Shown: in pieces, positions 25,035 to 37,669 of the stretch | Position numbering within the stretch: position 1 is the first letter of the stretch | Layout of the letters: every line of letters starts with the position of its first letter | Assembly (NCBI RefSeq): GCF_018977255.1 | Contig: NW_024704743.1 | Span: 55,988,001 to 56,052,000 of the forward strand | Direction: 5' to 3' | Length of the DNA: 64,000 nucleotides | Origin: Callorhinchus milii | Lineage: Eukaryota | Notes under the pieces: generated by a model | The model's database searches: none | The model's input: only the letters and a program-made list of their open reading frames with translations | Told to the model about the DNA's origin: nothing | Position numbers and translations under genes: made by a program

Positions 25035-27270
25035 CAGTAGTTCTGGGGAATGAGGTGGGGCAAGTGGAGCAGGTTTCAATAGGAGAGCATCTGGACAACA
25101 GTGATCACAACATCATTAAGTTTGGAGTACTTATGGAAAGGGACAAGGAACAATCAAAGGTGAAGACACTCAACTGGAAGAGAGCTAATGTAAGTGAGTT
25201 AAAAAGGGAAAGAAAGATTGGCAGATAAAACAGCTAACGAGCAATGGGAAGTCTGCAAGGAGGAGATAGTTCAGGGACAGAACAAATAGGAAAATTGGGA
25301 TTAAAATAAAACAGAAAAAGGAGGCTTATGGGGTCATGTTTAAAATACAGAAGATAATCAAATAGAATATAAAAAAATACAAAGGAGAACTGAAAAAGGA
25401 AATAAGACGGGCAAAGAGACTGTATGAGAAAAAGATTAGCAGGTAACATAAAAGGGAACCCTAAGGTATTTTATAAGCATATAAAGAAGAAAAGGTTAAT
25501 CAATGGTAGGGTGGGTCCAATTAGGGACCAAAGAGGAAATCTTCTTGTGGAGGCAGAGGACATGGCTGACATACTGAATGAGTACTTTGCATCTGTCTTC
25601 ACAAAAGAAGAGGATGCAGCCAATGCTACAGCATCAGAGGTGAGGGTAGAGAAATTGGATAAGATAAGAATAAACTGAGAGGAGATACTAAAAAGATTGT
25701 CGGTGCTCAAGGTAGGTAAATCACCCGGTCCGAACTGGATACATCCTAGTTTACTGAGGGAAGTAAAGGTGGAAATAACGGTGGCTCTGGCCACAATCTT
25801 TTAATCCTCCTTGGACACCGGGGTGGTGCCAGAGGACTGGAGGGTTGCAAATGTTACTCCCCTGTACAAAAAGGGACAGAAGGATAAAACCAGGAAGTAC
25901 ATGTCAGTCAGTCTAATGTCAGTAGTGGGGAAACTTCTAGACAGTATAATCCGGGACAAAATAAATTTTCACTTAGAAAAATATGGGTTAATAAAGGGCG
26001 GCCAACACAGATTTGTTAAAGACAAATCATATCTAACAAACCTGATAGAGTTTTTTGATGAAGTAACGGAAAGGATGGATGAAGGTAGTGCAGTTGGTGT
26101 AGCTTATATGGATTTTCAAAAGGTGTTTGATAAAGTGCCACATAAGAGACTTGTAAACAAAATAGAAGCGCACGGTATTAAACTGCAGCATGGATACAAA
26201 ACTGGCTGGGAGACAGAAGCATAGAGTGATGGTGAATGATTGTTGTTCTGATTAAAGGGAAGTGTGCAGTTGTGTCCCTCAAAGGTTCGTATTGGGACCA
26301 CTGCTGTCTTTGATCTATATAAATGACCTGTACTTGGGTATGGGGAGTACAATTTCCAAGTTTGCAGATGAATCTAAGCTAGGAAAAGTAATAAACAGTG
26401 AGGAGGATAGAAGCAGACTGCAATGGAACATAGACAGACTGGTAAAATGGGCAGACATGTGGCAAACAAAGTTTAATGTGGAGAAATGCAAAGTGGTGCA
26501 TTCTGGGAGGAAGAATGAGAGGCAATATAAGCTAAATAATATAATCTTAAAGGGGGTGAAGGAAGAGAGAGACCTGGGAGTTCAAATAAGTAAATCTTTG
26601 AAGGTGGCAAAAGACAGGTAGATAAAGCCGTTAAAAAGCATGCGGGTTACTAGGCTTTATAAATAGGGGCATAGAATGCAAAAGTCAAGAAGTTATGATG
26701 ATCCTTTATACAACATTGTTTCAGCCTCAGCGAGAGTACTGTGTTCTGGGCACCACACTTCAGGAAGGATGTCAAGGCATTGGAGAAGGTCCAAAGGAGA
26801 TTACCAGGATGGTACCAGGAATGAGGGACTTCAGTTATCAGGAGAGGCAAGAGAAGCTAGGATTATTCTCCTTGGAGTAGAGAAGGTTAAAAGGAGACTT
26901 AATAGAAGTTTTCAAAATTATGAGGGGATTCGATAGGATGAACAAGGAGAAACTATTTCCACTGGCGGGTGGGTCGGTAACCCGAGGGCAATGATTTAAA
27001 ATAGTTGTTAAAAGAAACAGAGGGGAGATGAGCAGACACTTTTTCACACAGCGAGTTGTTCGGATCTGGAATGCATTACCTGAAAGGGTGGTGGTAGCCG
27101 ATTCAATAACAACTTTTATAAGAGGAGATAATTATTTGGGGAGGACAAGTTTGCAGGGCTATGGGAAGAGAGCGGGGGAGTGGGGTTGAATTGGATAGCT
27201 CTTCAAATAGCCAGCACAGACTCGATGGGCCGAATAGCCTCCTTCTGTTCTGTATAATTCTATGAGTCTA
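25035..27270 (+). mobile_element. CR1 LINE, end of endonuclease through RT to 3' tail, defective
   Basis: HLDNSDHNII, GNPKVFYK, VPEDWRVANVTPLYKKG, YMDFQKVFDKVPH, SKFADESKL; (ATTCTATG) tail; stops and frameshifts. Confidence 0.97.
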
Positions 27271-29237
27271 AGATTTTGGTTTGTTTGAAAATGTCAAAAT
27301 TGTCACCTTGCTGCTTTAAATGAACTGCTTTAATGAAGTGCTACCTGGAATAAAGGGTGCTATAAAAATGGAAGTTGTTGTTACTTTAAATGGAGCGGCA
27401 AAGTTTTCTGAATAGTGAGTTGCCCCATCAATGATGTGCTCAAAGTGTGTGCTATTTCACAGCTGTTTGTGGGACATTGCTGTGGGCAAGTTGGCTACCA
27501 CATTCCCTTACAGAGTACACAGTCATTGTGGATCATGTTGCGATGTACTCTCAACATGAAAGGCATCATATCAAATGTAAGGATTATTAATAATAATAGT
27601 AATCGTTATGCTTATTCTTTTTTGGTACACTTCGACAATGCAATCCCCCACCACCGCACTGGATTCTTTGCTTAGACTATGTGAGTTCAAGTGCAAATAT
27701 GGGGTTTGAATTTCAACAAGGTATTAACCTCAAACTTTTCATTTCAGATTGTCTTTTCTCTGTGTTTGGCATTCTGGGGTTTACGAAGTGCAAGCATAGT
27801 ATGAAAATTGCCAAAGGACATGGAACAGCTCCACAGTTACGTGGCTGACATCTACACACTTCACAGTGTACTTGCTCTGAACATAATGAGAAGACATCAT
27901 CTGCATTTATGGTTTATGAAAATCTGCATTTCAAATCTACAATTCAAAGAAAGTTGTTAAAAATGTTTTAGCAGCTTGTAATTTTTGTGAAGATGCTGAA
28001 TAAAGATGGTACAAAATGAAACATTCCATCAGACAATTTCTCAAGCTAAAATAGTAAGAAAAAGCAGAGTTACCTAGTGTTTAGAGTGAAAAACACAATG
28101 TTCCATAACAGATTGAATCTCATGTCTGCATTGTTTCCTCTTACAAATATAGATGATGCATACATGAGGGACAAGGGAATAGACGGGATTAGGAAGTGCG
28201 GAGGCTCATGTGGAGTGCAGACACCGGGATGGTCTAGTTGGACTGAATAACCGCTTTCTGTGTTATGTTCTCCAAAATTCTATGAATGTTATTATTTGCA
28301 CATTTTTCACCCTCATAATAATATGCACTGCCCATGGGATTTTCTCTCTAATTGACTGAAAATTATTTATTGATGAACTGGACTCATCAAGTCTGTGCTG
28401 GTGTTGTCTCCACATCACAAAGTCTGATGAGGTTCCCTGCCGTTGAACAGCCTGCCAACACTTAACAGTGTAAGCTCCATGAAGAATGGCATTTGAGTGA
28501 GCTTGTGAAAGGTTATGTGGAAATATATGGCAGCTGTAAAAATCAAACAATTGGGCAAGATATTCTTAGTGCATTAGCAATTTGTGTCAGTTCATATTTA
28601 GTAATTCTGGGAGGGTCTAACTTGCAGTATTTCTTCGTGGAATACCAGCAACCAGAAATACATCAAGCCAACCCACAAAAATTCTGTTCTGGAAGTAAAT
28701 TGCATCTAACATGAATGCCAACGTCAATAAATTTACTAATAATTGCAAGGGGGGGAGGTGAGTGTGAAATCACTGACATTCATAGTAACACTTCATATAT
28801 ACAATAAAATCGAATAGGAATTTTGTGATTTTTTTGAGAGACATAAATACATCAATGTTCCATTGTGATAGATTTAAGCACTTATGATTCAGTAAAATAG
28901 GTTTGTATGTAAGTAACAATGGTGTAATGTATCAGAAATGTATTGTCTTCTGCAGTCAAAATGTAAAAAATCTGTTCATCAAAAGCAAGGAGGCACTTTG
29001 GGTCATTTCCAAACACAGTAATTGTCAATCACTTGTCTGCAGACTCTACTAGAATTGTTTTAAAAGACCTAATTGTTTCTTGTCTTTTTCTACCTTTTGA
29101 TGAAGCACTTTAAAAGTTAGCTTTGCAAGTGTTGCTTACTTGTAAAGTAAGCAACACTATCTCTCTCATGGAACATGTGTACATAACAAACAAACAGATA
29201 CACATAAAATAAATAAAGAAATGCATACGCACATAAA

Positions 29238-29650
29238 TTATAATAATAATCCTTACATTTAATATAACATCTTTACATCAGGAGAACACACAAGCGTTTC
29301 GCAGGATTTTCAACAACAACTTGCATTTATATCACACCTTTTACATGAGGTAATGTCTCGGAGTGTTTCGCAGGAGTGTGGTTTGGCACCTAAATGGAAA
29401 GTAAGAGGAGTTGATCGAAGGCACGGTCAAAGAATAATTTGAAAAGAGGCAAAGGGAGAGCAAGACAGAAGGACTGAGGTTGGGAGTTCCAGAGATTCGG
29501 GGCATGCTCTCCAATGGTGGAGAGGAAAGGACAAGGGACGTGCAGACCTGAGTTAGCTGAGGGAAGGCAGCAGGTAGTGGAATGAAATGTGAGCAAAGCA
29601 GCATTTAGTGCAATGTGTAGTGACTGTGTATTTTGAGGGTAAATGAGGGA
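29238..29650 (-). mobile_element. SINE tail interrupted by L2 3' end (29311-29600)
   Basis: rc PNLWNS..LFDRAF between two halves of a SINE 3' region. Confidence 0.7.
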
Positions 29651-30599
29651 GAGAAGACATTAGGGTTGCTTGCCACTTGTAAATTTACTGAGCTTGGTAG
29701 CTTAACATTGCCACCAATGAGCTACGTCAAATACTAAGATTTAAATCAGGATTATTGCGATGTAATATGTTGTGCTTGATATCATCATGTTGTAAATAGC
29801 TCAGCTTTTAAAGTTTTGTTTGCAACGTTGGGAGGTTTTTATCTCCATTGCAGTAACCAGTGGGACTTCTTTAGGAAGGGAATCTCCCACCTTGCCATGA
29901 AGATCACAACACATAACACACGCTCTCCACCATACCTCACTGACCGTGCCTTTGGTCATCATAACCTTCAAATTCAACCTCCCCTCCGTCTTCTCTGTGA
30001 AGGGGTTTGAAACATTCATTCTCTGCGAAAGGCATTATCTTAGTGCAAGTTATTATTGCAAGTAATAACCCTAATTTCCAGATTAAAAGCTCAGACTGAC
30101 GCTTACAATAAAAATGGTGCAGATTTATTCTAGCTTTTATTCAGTTTAGAAACTCACACTGCTAGTCCTGGGCCTTAGGAAACCTGGGATCCCGGGATTT
30201 TTACGTAGCTGCTGCAAACTGCCTAATGTGTGTCCCCTGTCACTTTGCTGCAAAGAAAAACACTGTGCATGTGTCAGGCTGGTAATTTAATACCGCCTGG
30301 CAGCAGTGAACTCAACTGGGCCAGACACGTGGAGTTGCTGTAACTCTACATAGAGTTGTTTTTGTATATTCCTGATTTGAACTTAATACAGTGTCCTGAG
30401 ACAAATGGCTACTTAGAATATATCTTAAGTTAATGTTATTATACCAAATATCCTAATGTTGATATGCTTCATATTATCCAAATCTCACCGACTGGTGTTC
30501 ATGTTAACTGTTACTAGCATCCTGCTGTGGAAATTGCACCACTTTAGAAATCTTAAGCTTCTGCTTCCAGTAAATCAATCATTTAAGATACACCACATG

Positions 30600-30965
30600 G
30601 TAGACAGCCCTGGTAGGGTGGTGGATAAAACTACAACTTATGGACTGGGAGCTCACAAGTTCAAATCTCAGTCTGTGCTAAGTTTTCTGGTCTCATCCAG
30701 GGCTGCATGTGAAGGTTGAACTGGCGCCTGTCACGGTTAAGGAGGATAAAGCCATACAGGCTTCCTGCATCTCGTCCCAATTCTGCAAGCTACGGAAGTC
30801 TGTACGGGAGACTGGTGGGGAGAGATTGGGCTCAGCTGTGATGTCCTCTACAAAGCAAGTGGCCTACATGAATAACAGCCACTTGGATGGGTAGCAATCT
30901 ATCAGCACCTGTGGAACTGCACCCCAGTATGAGGAGACCCAACCAGGAGAAGAGAGGAATACAGA
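30600..30965 (+). mobile_element. Ancient tRNA-headed SINE-like repeat (family C)
   Basis: GTTCAAATC B-box; GGGCTCAGCTGTGATG..CCACTTGG..GTGGAAC body shared with 36645, 37670, 39345, 41530(-), 28440. Confidence 0.65.
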
Positions 30966-30970
30966 GAAAT

Positions 30971-31350
30971 CACTGGGGGCAGGGAGTCATCCCACTCAGC
31001 TCCTGTTAACCCTGCAAGCTAAGTCCTAATAGGTAAGGTGGTTCTAGCTGGACAAGCAGTGGGAAAGCTTGCCAGACAGCAATATGAAATGGCAAGCCAT
31101 GCAGTTTTAGCTGGTTAGACTCCAGCAGTAGCCCAACCCACACTCTAGTGTCCTCAAGCCTTGGCTCTTGCCAATTTGTGCCTAATATTTTCCGGTATCA
31201 GGTAAGCAGGATGCATCCCTCCAGGGAGAGAATGTGTATTCCATTCCAACAATTTATCTCTGGGATTTCCATGGGTCGATGGGATGCATAGAATTCTCAA
31301 TTTGGTTTGGATACTCTTAAGCACGTGTCAGATACCCCGCTGACCAATAC
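30971..31350 (+). repeat. Dispersed repeat family X (putative non-LTR 3'UTR)
   Basis: CCCACTCAGCTCCTGTTAACCCTGCAAG..TTTGGTTTGGATACTCTTAAGCACG shared with 32605, 38843(-), 46920, 63278. Confidence 0.85.
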
Positions 31351-32604
31351 AATTTACATTTTCTTTTAAACTTATACATCACAAGAATATCGGAGGAAGT
31401 TCAAATCTGCCAAAATGTTTTCCAGATTTAATTTAAAGGAGCAGTGGCATTTCCAGAAACATCCAAATAAGTAGTTTATCAGAATATAAAGCATAGGAGA
31501 GGACATGTCTGTAATTGCTACTACAACCACGTTCATGCCACTATACACATCATAGATTTCCAAAAAATCATTAAAATGAAAAAAAAGTCCATTTATGTAG
31601 CTTCCTTCACACAGGTAGTGTCGCGGAGCATGTGCACAATGGTGGAGTTGGTCATCGAGTGAAGGAGAAGGTGATGGGAGACAGATAGATCTTAAAGTGG
31701 CATTTAAAGATGGATAAAGAGGTGGCAAACCGGAGGGATTGAGGGAGAGAGTTCCAGAGGTTTACACGTGAAGTGTAAAGCCAAATGTCTAAAATGCACA
31801 AGTTCCTTCTTTGGCTGATATACTATATTTACAATTATATAGTGCTGCAAAGAGGAATTGTGACAAAAGCAAGTAATGTGCCATTCTTTCCAATTGACTT
31901 TTTAAGAATAGTTGCACACACAACCCAGTTAAAACAAGGAGACTCAGGTCAAGGAGGGAACAGACCACCTGCCTTTGAGTCCAATTGTAATGATAAAGTC
32001 CAGTGTGATACATTAATTAGTTGAAAGGGAGTGGGATCTATGAATATTGTCAGATCCCACTAAAATGTATGCAAGACCCAAACAGGCCTTCACAATTAGG
32101 GGAAGTTGGTGCTCACTGTTAAATATTTTAACTCAGCAGATGATAGGAAAGGGGAATGACGACCCATCAGCACTCTCCAAATCTCCTGAGTTTACTTTGG
32201 ATTTACCTCCCAGTGTGTGGTTCCTGTTTCTGCCTATTTCCACTGTTTACCATTTGGAGTCCTGAAGAATTCCTGGTGTGCTTTGACTTTTTGTAGTGTT
32301 GTCTTAATGACATAAATGAATTCCTGCCGGGCACACCCACACCCTCCTGGGGGTCGTTGTCTTACACACAAGCTTACCAGTTTGTCTTTTAACTCTTTCA
32401 CCAACGCACTGTATTTAATGGAAAACAAACACTTCCTGAGATGCTAAAGAGCTGAAATTTCTGTCTATTTAAATGGTACCAAATCGCAGAAAATTCTTAA
32501 ACAATCTTAATTCAGAAATCAGTTTTCCACTTTATTTTAAAAGTAACCGTCTTCCACATTAGTAAAGAATTTACTAATTTCCACCAGTTTCCCTCCCCCC
32601 CAAT

Positions 32605-32705
32605 TTGTAGGTGGGATGCATGGAACTCTCAGTCTGGTTTGGATACTCTTAAGCACGGTAATGGGTGTCCGCACGCATCGGACACCCAGCTGATCAAGAA
32701 AAANT
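32605..32705 (+). repeat. Family X extreme 3' end with A-rich tail
   Basis: GGGATGCATGGAACTCTCAGTCTGGTTTGGATACTCTTAAGCACG..GCTGATCAAGAAAAA. Confidence 0.8.
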
Positions 32706-33118
32706 ATTTTATGTCTGATATTTTAAGACAAAATGAACAGAAAATAGGTGAAGACTAGTTGAAAGATGAGATTTCAAAAGGACAAACATTCCCGCTCTGA
32801 TGTGCTATGAAGTTATTATTTTTACTTTAATAGGAATAAAAACACAGAGATACAAAAAGTTTGAATTCTGTTACAGTACAATACAAAATTACAAAATTTG
32901 ATTGTATATTGGAAATCAATCTACACAGTAGATGGTTGCACAACAATAGGTTTACAGGAGAAGCTTGTACCATAAATTTAATATGTTTAGACTCAATAGA
33001 GGCAATGATTTTCCTTTAGTCTCTTATATATGATACAATATAATTTACTGTTATATAGTGCCTTTCACTTTGGAGGATGCCAAAGCACTTGTGTGTGTGT
33101 ATATATATATGCACTTAA

Positions 33119-33346
33119 GGGGCGACATTCCACCTGGATCTAGATTTACTCTTATTTTCTTAAAAGTTCAGAGTGTTGAGAACTTGTGATTCTATTGAAT
33201 TCAGTCTAAACTTTGAAGCTTTTTTTAGTAATTCTTACAGAAAACTGGCTTCAAAATTATGGCAGTACTTAATAATTTGACAATTTTTCACATTCTGGAA
33301 TGCTAAGAAAATAGAGTAAATCTACACCCAGGTGGAATTTTCTCCC
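33119..33346. mobile_element. Palindromic MITE, copy 1
   Basis: ATTCCACCTGGATCTAGATTTACTCT pairs with AGAGTAAATCTACACCCAGGTGGAAT; interior homologous to 37751-37993. Confidence 0.8.
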
Positions 33347-34721
33347 TGTGTGAGCTGTATTTCTAAGAATGGGAAAAGTCCCCCGATTCATGTACCCTGA
33401 CAAACAAAGGGGGAAATATGTGGCATTTGATAAGGTAATTATCATATCGCATATTGCATTTATGTTCTCCTTGTCTCTATTGCAAAGAAAAGCATAAGCT
33501 TTTGAAAATAATATTGGGTGTAAATAAATCACAGTGTTAAGTACAAAATAAGTTAATGCAGGCTAAGGCATTTTTGACCGACTTGAGGAAATACCAGGAT
33601 TTTGAATTTAAGCTTTGCGCTCCATTTGTGCCCCAGCTGGTTGTTCCTGTTGCCCAAACGTGGCTCAATCGATCAAGCTGCTGCTTGTACGTGACCCCTC
33701 AATGACCGCGTGTATCACCAGAGTCTGAGGCCAAACTTACCATGTGCGATTTCCAAGTCTAAACACAAATCCCATCAGGGGCGAGTCATCCACCTTCACA
33801 TCACTTTCAATTCATCCAGTTCAGGTTAATTCTGAATTGTACACGACTTTATCTCCTGCTACTAAGGAGCTCTAGTTTATCAGCCTTGGATTACAGTGCT
33901 GACTGGGTGTCACCCTGTAGCCAGTGCATAAGAATGAGAGCTCCAGCACAGCAATCAGTCATTGCAGTGAGGTTCTCAACTGGTCATTATCAGGAAGAGG
34001 TAAACAATGTCTGTGTGGTGAAAATGGACAACTTGAAAAATGGAATTGTTTTTCCTGCTGTGCTGAGATTGAGCTGCAAAATGCATCTGTCCAATCCAGT
34101 AAACCACCAGCAGTCTGCTCACCTCTGGGGATCAATAAAGCATTGTATAGGAAGGTAGGTAATGCTTCTTTGAAGTCTGAGTGCCTCTCCCTACCTTAAT
34201 CTTTCTCTGCGTCTCTATATTCCTGTTTCCTTTTCCTTCTTGCAGCCGCCAACATTTAAGGACAGATCTAAGCATATTTCAAATATACTTTTAAACTAAC
34301 AAGTACAACTTGCCATGTAATTTCTCACTTGTTTAACGGGTCAGAGATTGTCTGTGTTGTATTTCATATGCATTGAATTGTGTTGAGGCTATTGTGCTGC
34401 AGCTAGCAACACAGACAAAACTAACCTGCTTAGCCATCAAAGGTTTTAACTATGTTATGCACTGCAATTGAGAACAGAACTGTGCACATCTTTATCTGAA
34501 ATAAAGAGTTGCTAAATAAATTTTCTTCAATACAATGGCCACAGATCTTAAGAGAAGTTTCTTCTTTTTGTTCTTATTCTTCCAGAATATCTGATGGAAT
34601 TATTCCACTACCTTCCCATGATAGCACAACACTGTTTCTTATGTGAATCCAGGGCCTGGCCTCTACTGGAATTCATGATAATTCTTTCCAGCAGTTGATT
34701 ACTTTCTGTGAAAACAAATAA

Positions 34722-34866
34722 TTTCTGACGAAAGATCATTGACCTGAAACATTAACTCACTTTCCTCTCTCCATAGATGCTGCCTGACTTGTTGAGTGTT
34801 CCCAGGGACTTCTGTTTTTATTTCAGATTTCCAGTATCTGCAGTATTTTGCCTTTTGTTTATTGTT
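34722..34866 (+). mobile_element. Penelope-like element terminal-repeat fragment with degenerate hammerhead motif
   Basis: CTGACGA-AAGATCATTGACCT-GAAAC-ATT-AACTC then CTCCATAGATGCTGCCTGAC..CAGATTTCCAG; same family as 36970-37191. Confidence 0.75.
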
Positions 34867-36644
34867 TAATCCACCACCACTTCTTTTCCAGGAAAGCCTA
34901 CCTTGAAGAAGGTCTACAAAAAAATTTCTGGTGCCTGTACTAAACGTACCCTGCACAACTCTGAACCTGTGCTCTCTGAAAATATTGTGTTATGTTGGTT
35001 TACTTAGCCTCTATAATGGTCCCCTCTGTGACACTTCATTTCAAGCCTGAAGAGCCCTAACTCATCCAATTTGTTCCTTATCGCTTATTCCTCTAATACT
35101 GTGGATCAGCTGTGTTGCTCATGTCTGCATTGCCTCTTGCACCTGGCGAGTTAGATTACACTTTCCCTTATGTCACCGAACCAGTCCTGTAAGCAACAAA
35201 AAAAATCATTCCACTTTATAATATAGCCTGTGAAGTTCTTCGAGACCTACAACAACTTGCACTTATACAGCGCCTTGCACACAGGCTAGCGTCTCAGAGT
35301 GCTTAATCCTCGTAATGTGAAAGGTGCTATATCAAATATAACGATTATTATTATACTTGTCTTCTATTTTTACTTCCTATTGACAGTACAGAACCCTGCA
35401 ATTATCGGCATTGAAATAAATTTTTCATTCATCAGTCTATTCGCATGTCCTGTTTAGTTCCCTTTGTAAGATGTTGTCTGCCTCATCTGATTTCACAACT
35501 CCCCTAACTTGATGTCACCTGCAAATGTAAATACTGTCAACAAACCCAACAAACTTGGAGCTGATCTGCATTAAGTCTCTAATCTTCTTTGACACAAACT
35601 ATTTGCTTTGAGTGAAAAGAAATGGAATACACATATAGCAGCAGACGAGCACCAGGGCCCAAGTCTTAGTCCCTAAATTATTTCACTAAAGTGCCATCTG
35701 GTGGTGTATTTCTGTATGATCTAGAACTGGAGACCAAATTATTCAATTCTGTTGAGATGCGATGTTACCTTGTGAGGAGCTTTTTGAATCTGCTTTACAT
35801 GAATTTACTTCTGCATATGCACACATTATACAGCAAATTCCCTTTATGGCTGTTCCTTTGGCAACCAAAACAAAGCTCTTGAGAAACAAGTTAAAGAATC
35901 ACCTTATTTACAAAAAACATTTGTGAGTTAATACTAATACTTCATGATTTGATATAGTGCCTTATCATTTCTTTGAGACGTGTCAAAGCGCTTCACGGAA
36001 TATACTGTAAAGTGAATTGACTGAATACTTTGTGGGAGAAAGGTTAAGGAGAAATCTGCACATGATTATCCCTTTAGAGGCATTTAAAAATGGTCTCTGA
36101 AAATTCTCACTTAGTCCTTTGCACCATCCCAGTTCTTTTAATGTACCATGCCACAATGGAGAAGAGATCATTTCACATCAGCCCTCTTATACAGGAGGGG
36201 GACTGATCAATGTGCTGTCCAATCACCTTCTCAAAGTGATCTTGGCAGCCGGGCTCATGCATAATTCAACTTTTCATATCACCTCATTAATTCTATAAAT
36301 TGTGTGTGGGTTCACTCCAAGTTCTTTGAATGAGATGCTAATCCGAGGCTCTGTTTGTCTCTTCAGGTGGATGTTAACAATCCCATGGCACTATTCGAAA
36401 AGACAATAGAGTTTCTTATAGTGTCCTGTCCTACAACCCAGATAAAATGCTAATTTACTTGGAGTCATTTTGACTTTATATGTGCTTACATAATAATAAT
36501 CCATCCATTTGATTTGGCACCTTTCACGCCAGGAAGATGTCTTTAAGTGCTTCACAGGATTTACAATAAAGTATAGACTGTATCTTGTAGACAAATGCAA
36601 ATATCTAATACAAGATTTGCCATTATTGCTGTGACACACAAGTA

Positions 36645-36955
36645 AGCTGCATGTTTGATTTGTAGTCTGCACTGAATTAGTTGATCTCAACCGAGGTTGC
36701 AGTTGTGATGATGCTGCAATTGGCCACACCACTGTCAGGATAAGCTAAGGAAAGGAAATAGCAGTGGGGATTCCTGTTCTTTATCGTTATCCAGGCATCT
36801 TGACCCCATCTGGAAATTGCTCGGGTATAGATGTCAGCGGGGAACAATATTAGGGTTAGCTGTTAGATGACCTTCCCCTCCTCATGGTCAAACAGCTGCC
36901 AACACCACTGTGTTATCTCACACATGAAGAACGGTACTTGGGTGAAGTATAGAAC
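36645..36955 (+). mobile_element. Family C ancient SINE-like repeat
   Basis: TTAGTTGATCTCA..CAATTGGCC..CACACATGAAGAACGG. Confidence 0.65.
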
Positions 36956-36969
36956 CTAAATACTATTAA

Positions 36970-37191
36970 CAAAAACAGAAGTCACTGGGAACACTCAGCA
37001 GGTCAGGCAGCATCTATGGAGAAAGGAAAATGAGTTAACGTTTCGGGTCCACCACCCTTCGTCAAAACCCTTCGTATGTTGACTCACTTTCCTTTCTCCA
37101 TAGATGCTGCCTGACCTGCTGAGTGTTACCAGCGACTTCTGTTTTTGTTTTCAGATTTCCAGCATCTGCAGTATTTGTGTTTTGTTCCACG
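36970..37191. mobile_element. Penelope-like foldback element with 9-bp TSD
   Basis: ~70-bp inverted arms (36968-37039 / 37078-37149, 4 mismatches); TACTATTAA at 36961-36969 and 37192-37200. Confidence 0.8.
37032..37070 (-). ncRNA. Minimal type I hammerhead ribozyme motif, C3-to-U variant
   Basis: rc GGGUU-UUGACGA-A-GGGU-GGUGG-ACCC-GAAAC-GUU-AACUC: stem I, core, stem II and palindromic stem III. Confidence 0.6.
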
Positions 37192-37669
37192 TACTATTAA
37201 GTCGGCCTCATAAGAACAATACGAAATTTGCAAATAATAAAAGGAGGCATAGTAGATGAAAAGTTGAAATAAACAAGACAAGAGGTCTTTAAAATCAATG
37301 CTAATTATTGGGGGGGGAGATTGTTGGTCAGGACAATGGGAGGAACTCCCTTGTCAAGGTACCCTGAAGTATGAGTAACTTTAATTCCACTTTATTGGCA
37401 GTTAACACGGCAAAATATACATATTCTGCAATTTCTCATCCTTTCCTGTGTTCACATTCTGCACGTTTGGCCATTTGTGTCATTCCTATATCACCATCAT
37501 TGATTTGAAAATGGGACCCAAGTTGCTGAGATTTGTCAAAAGTGAAAGAAAACATTACAAAAAAAATCTGTCTTCAATCGGCCCTCTGTGCAGCTACTTA
37601 AAGAAAAGGTTTGGTCTTTTGCATACTTTTGTTACCCCAGATTTAGAATCCCAATGAGTAAATGTACCA

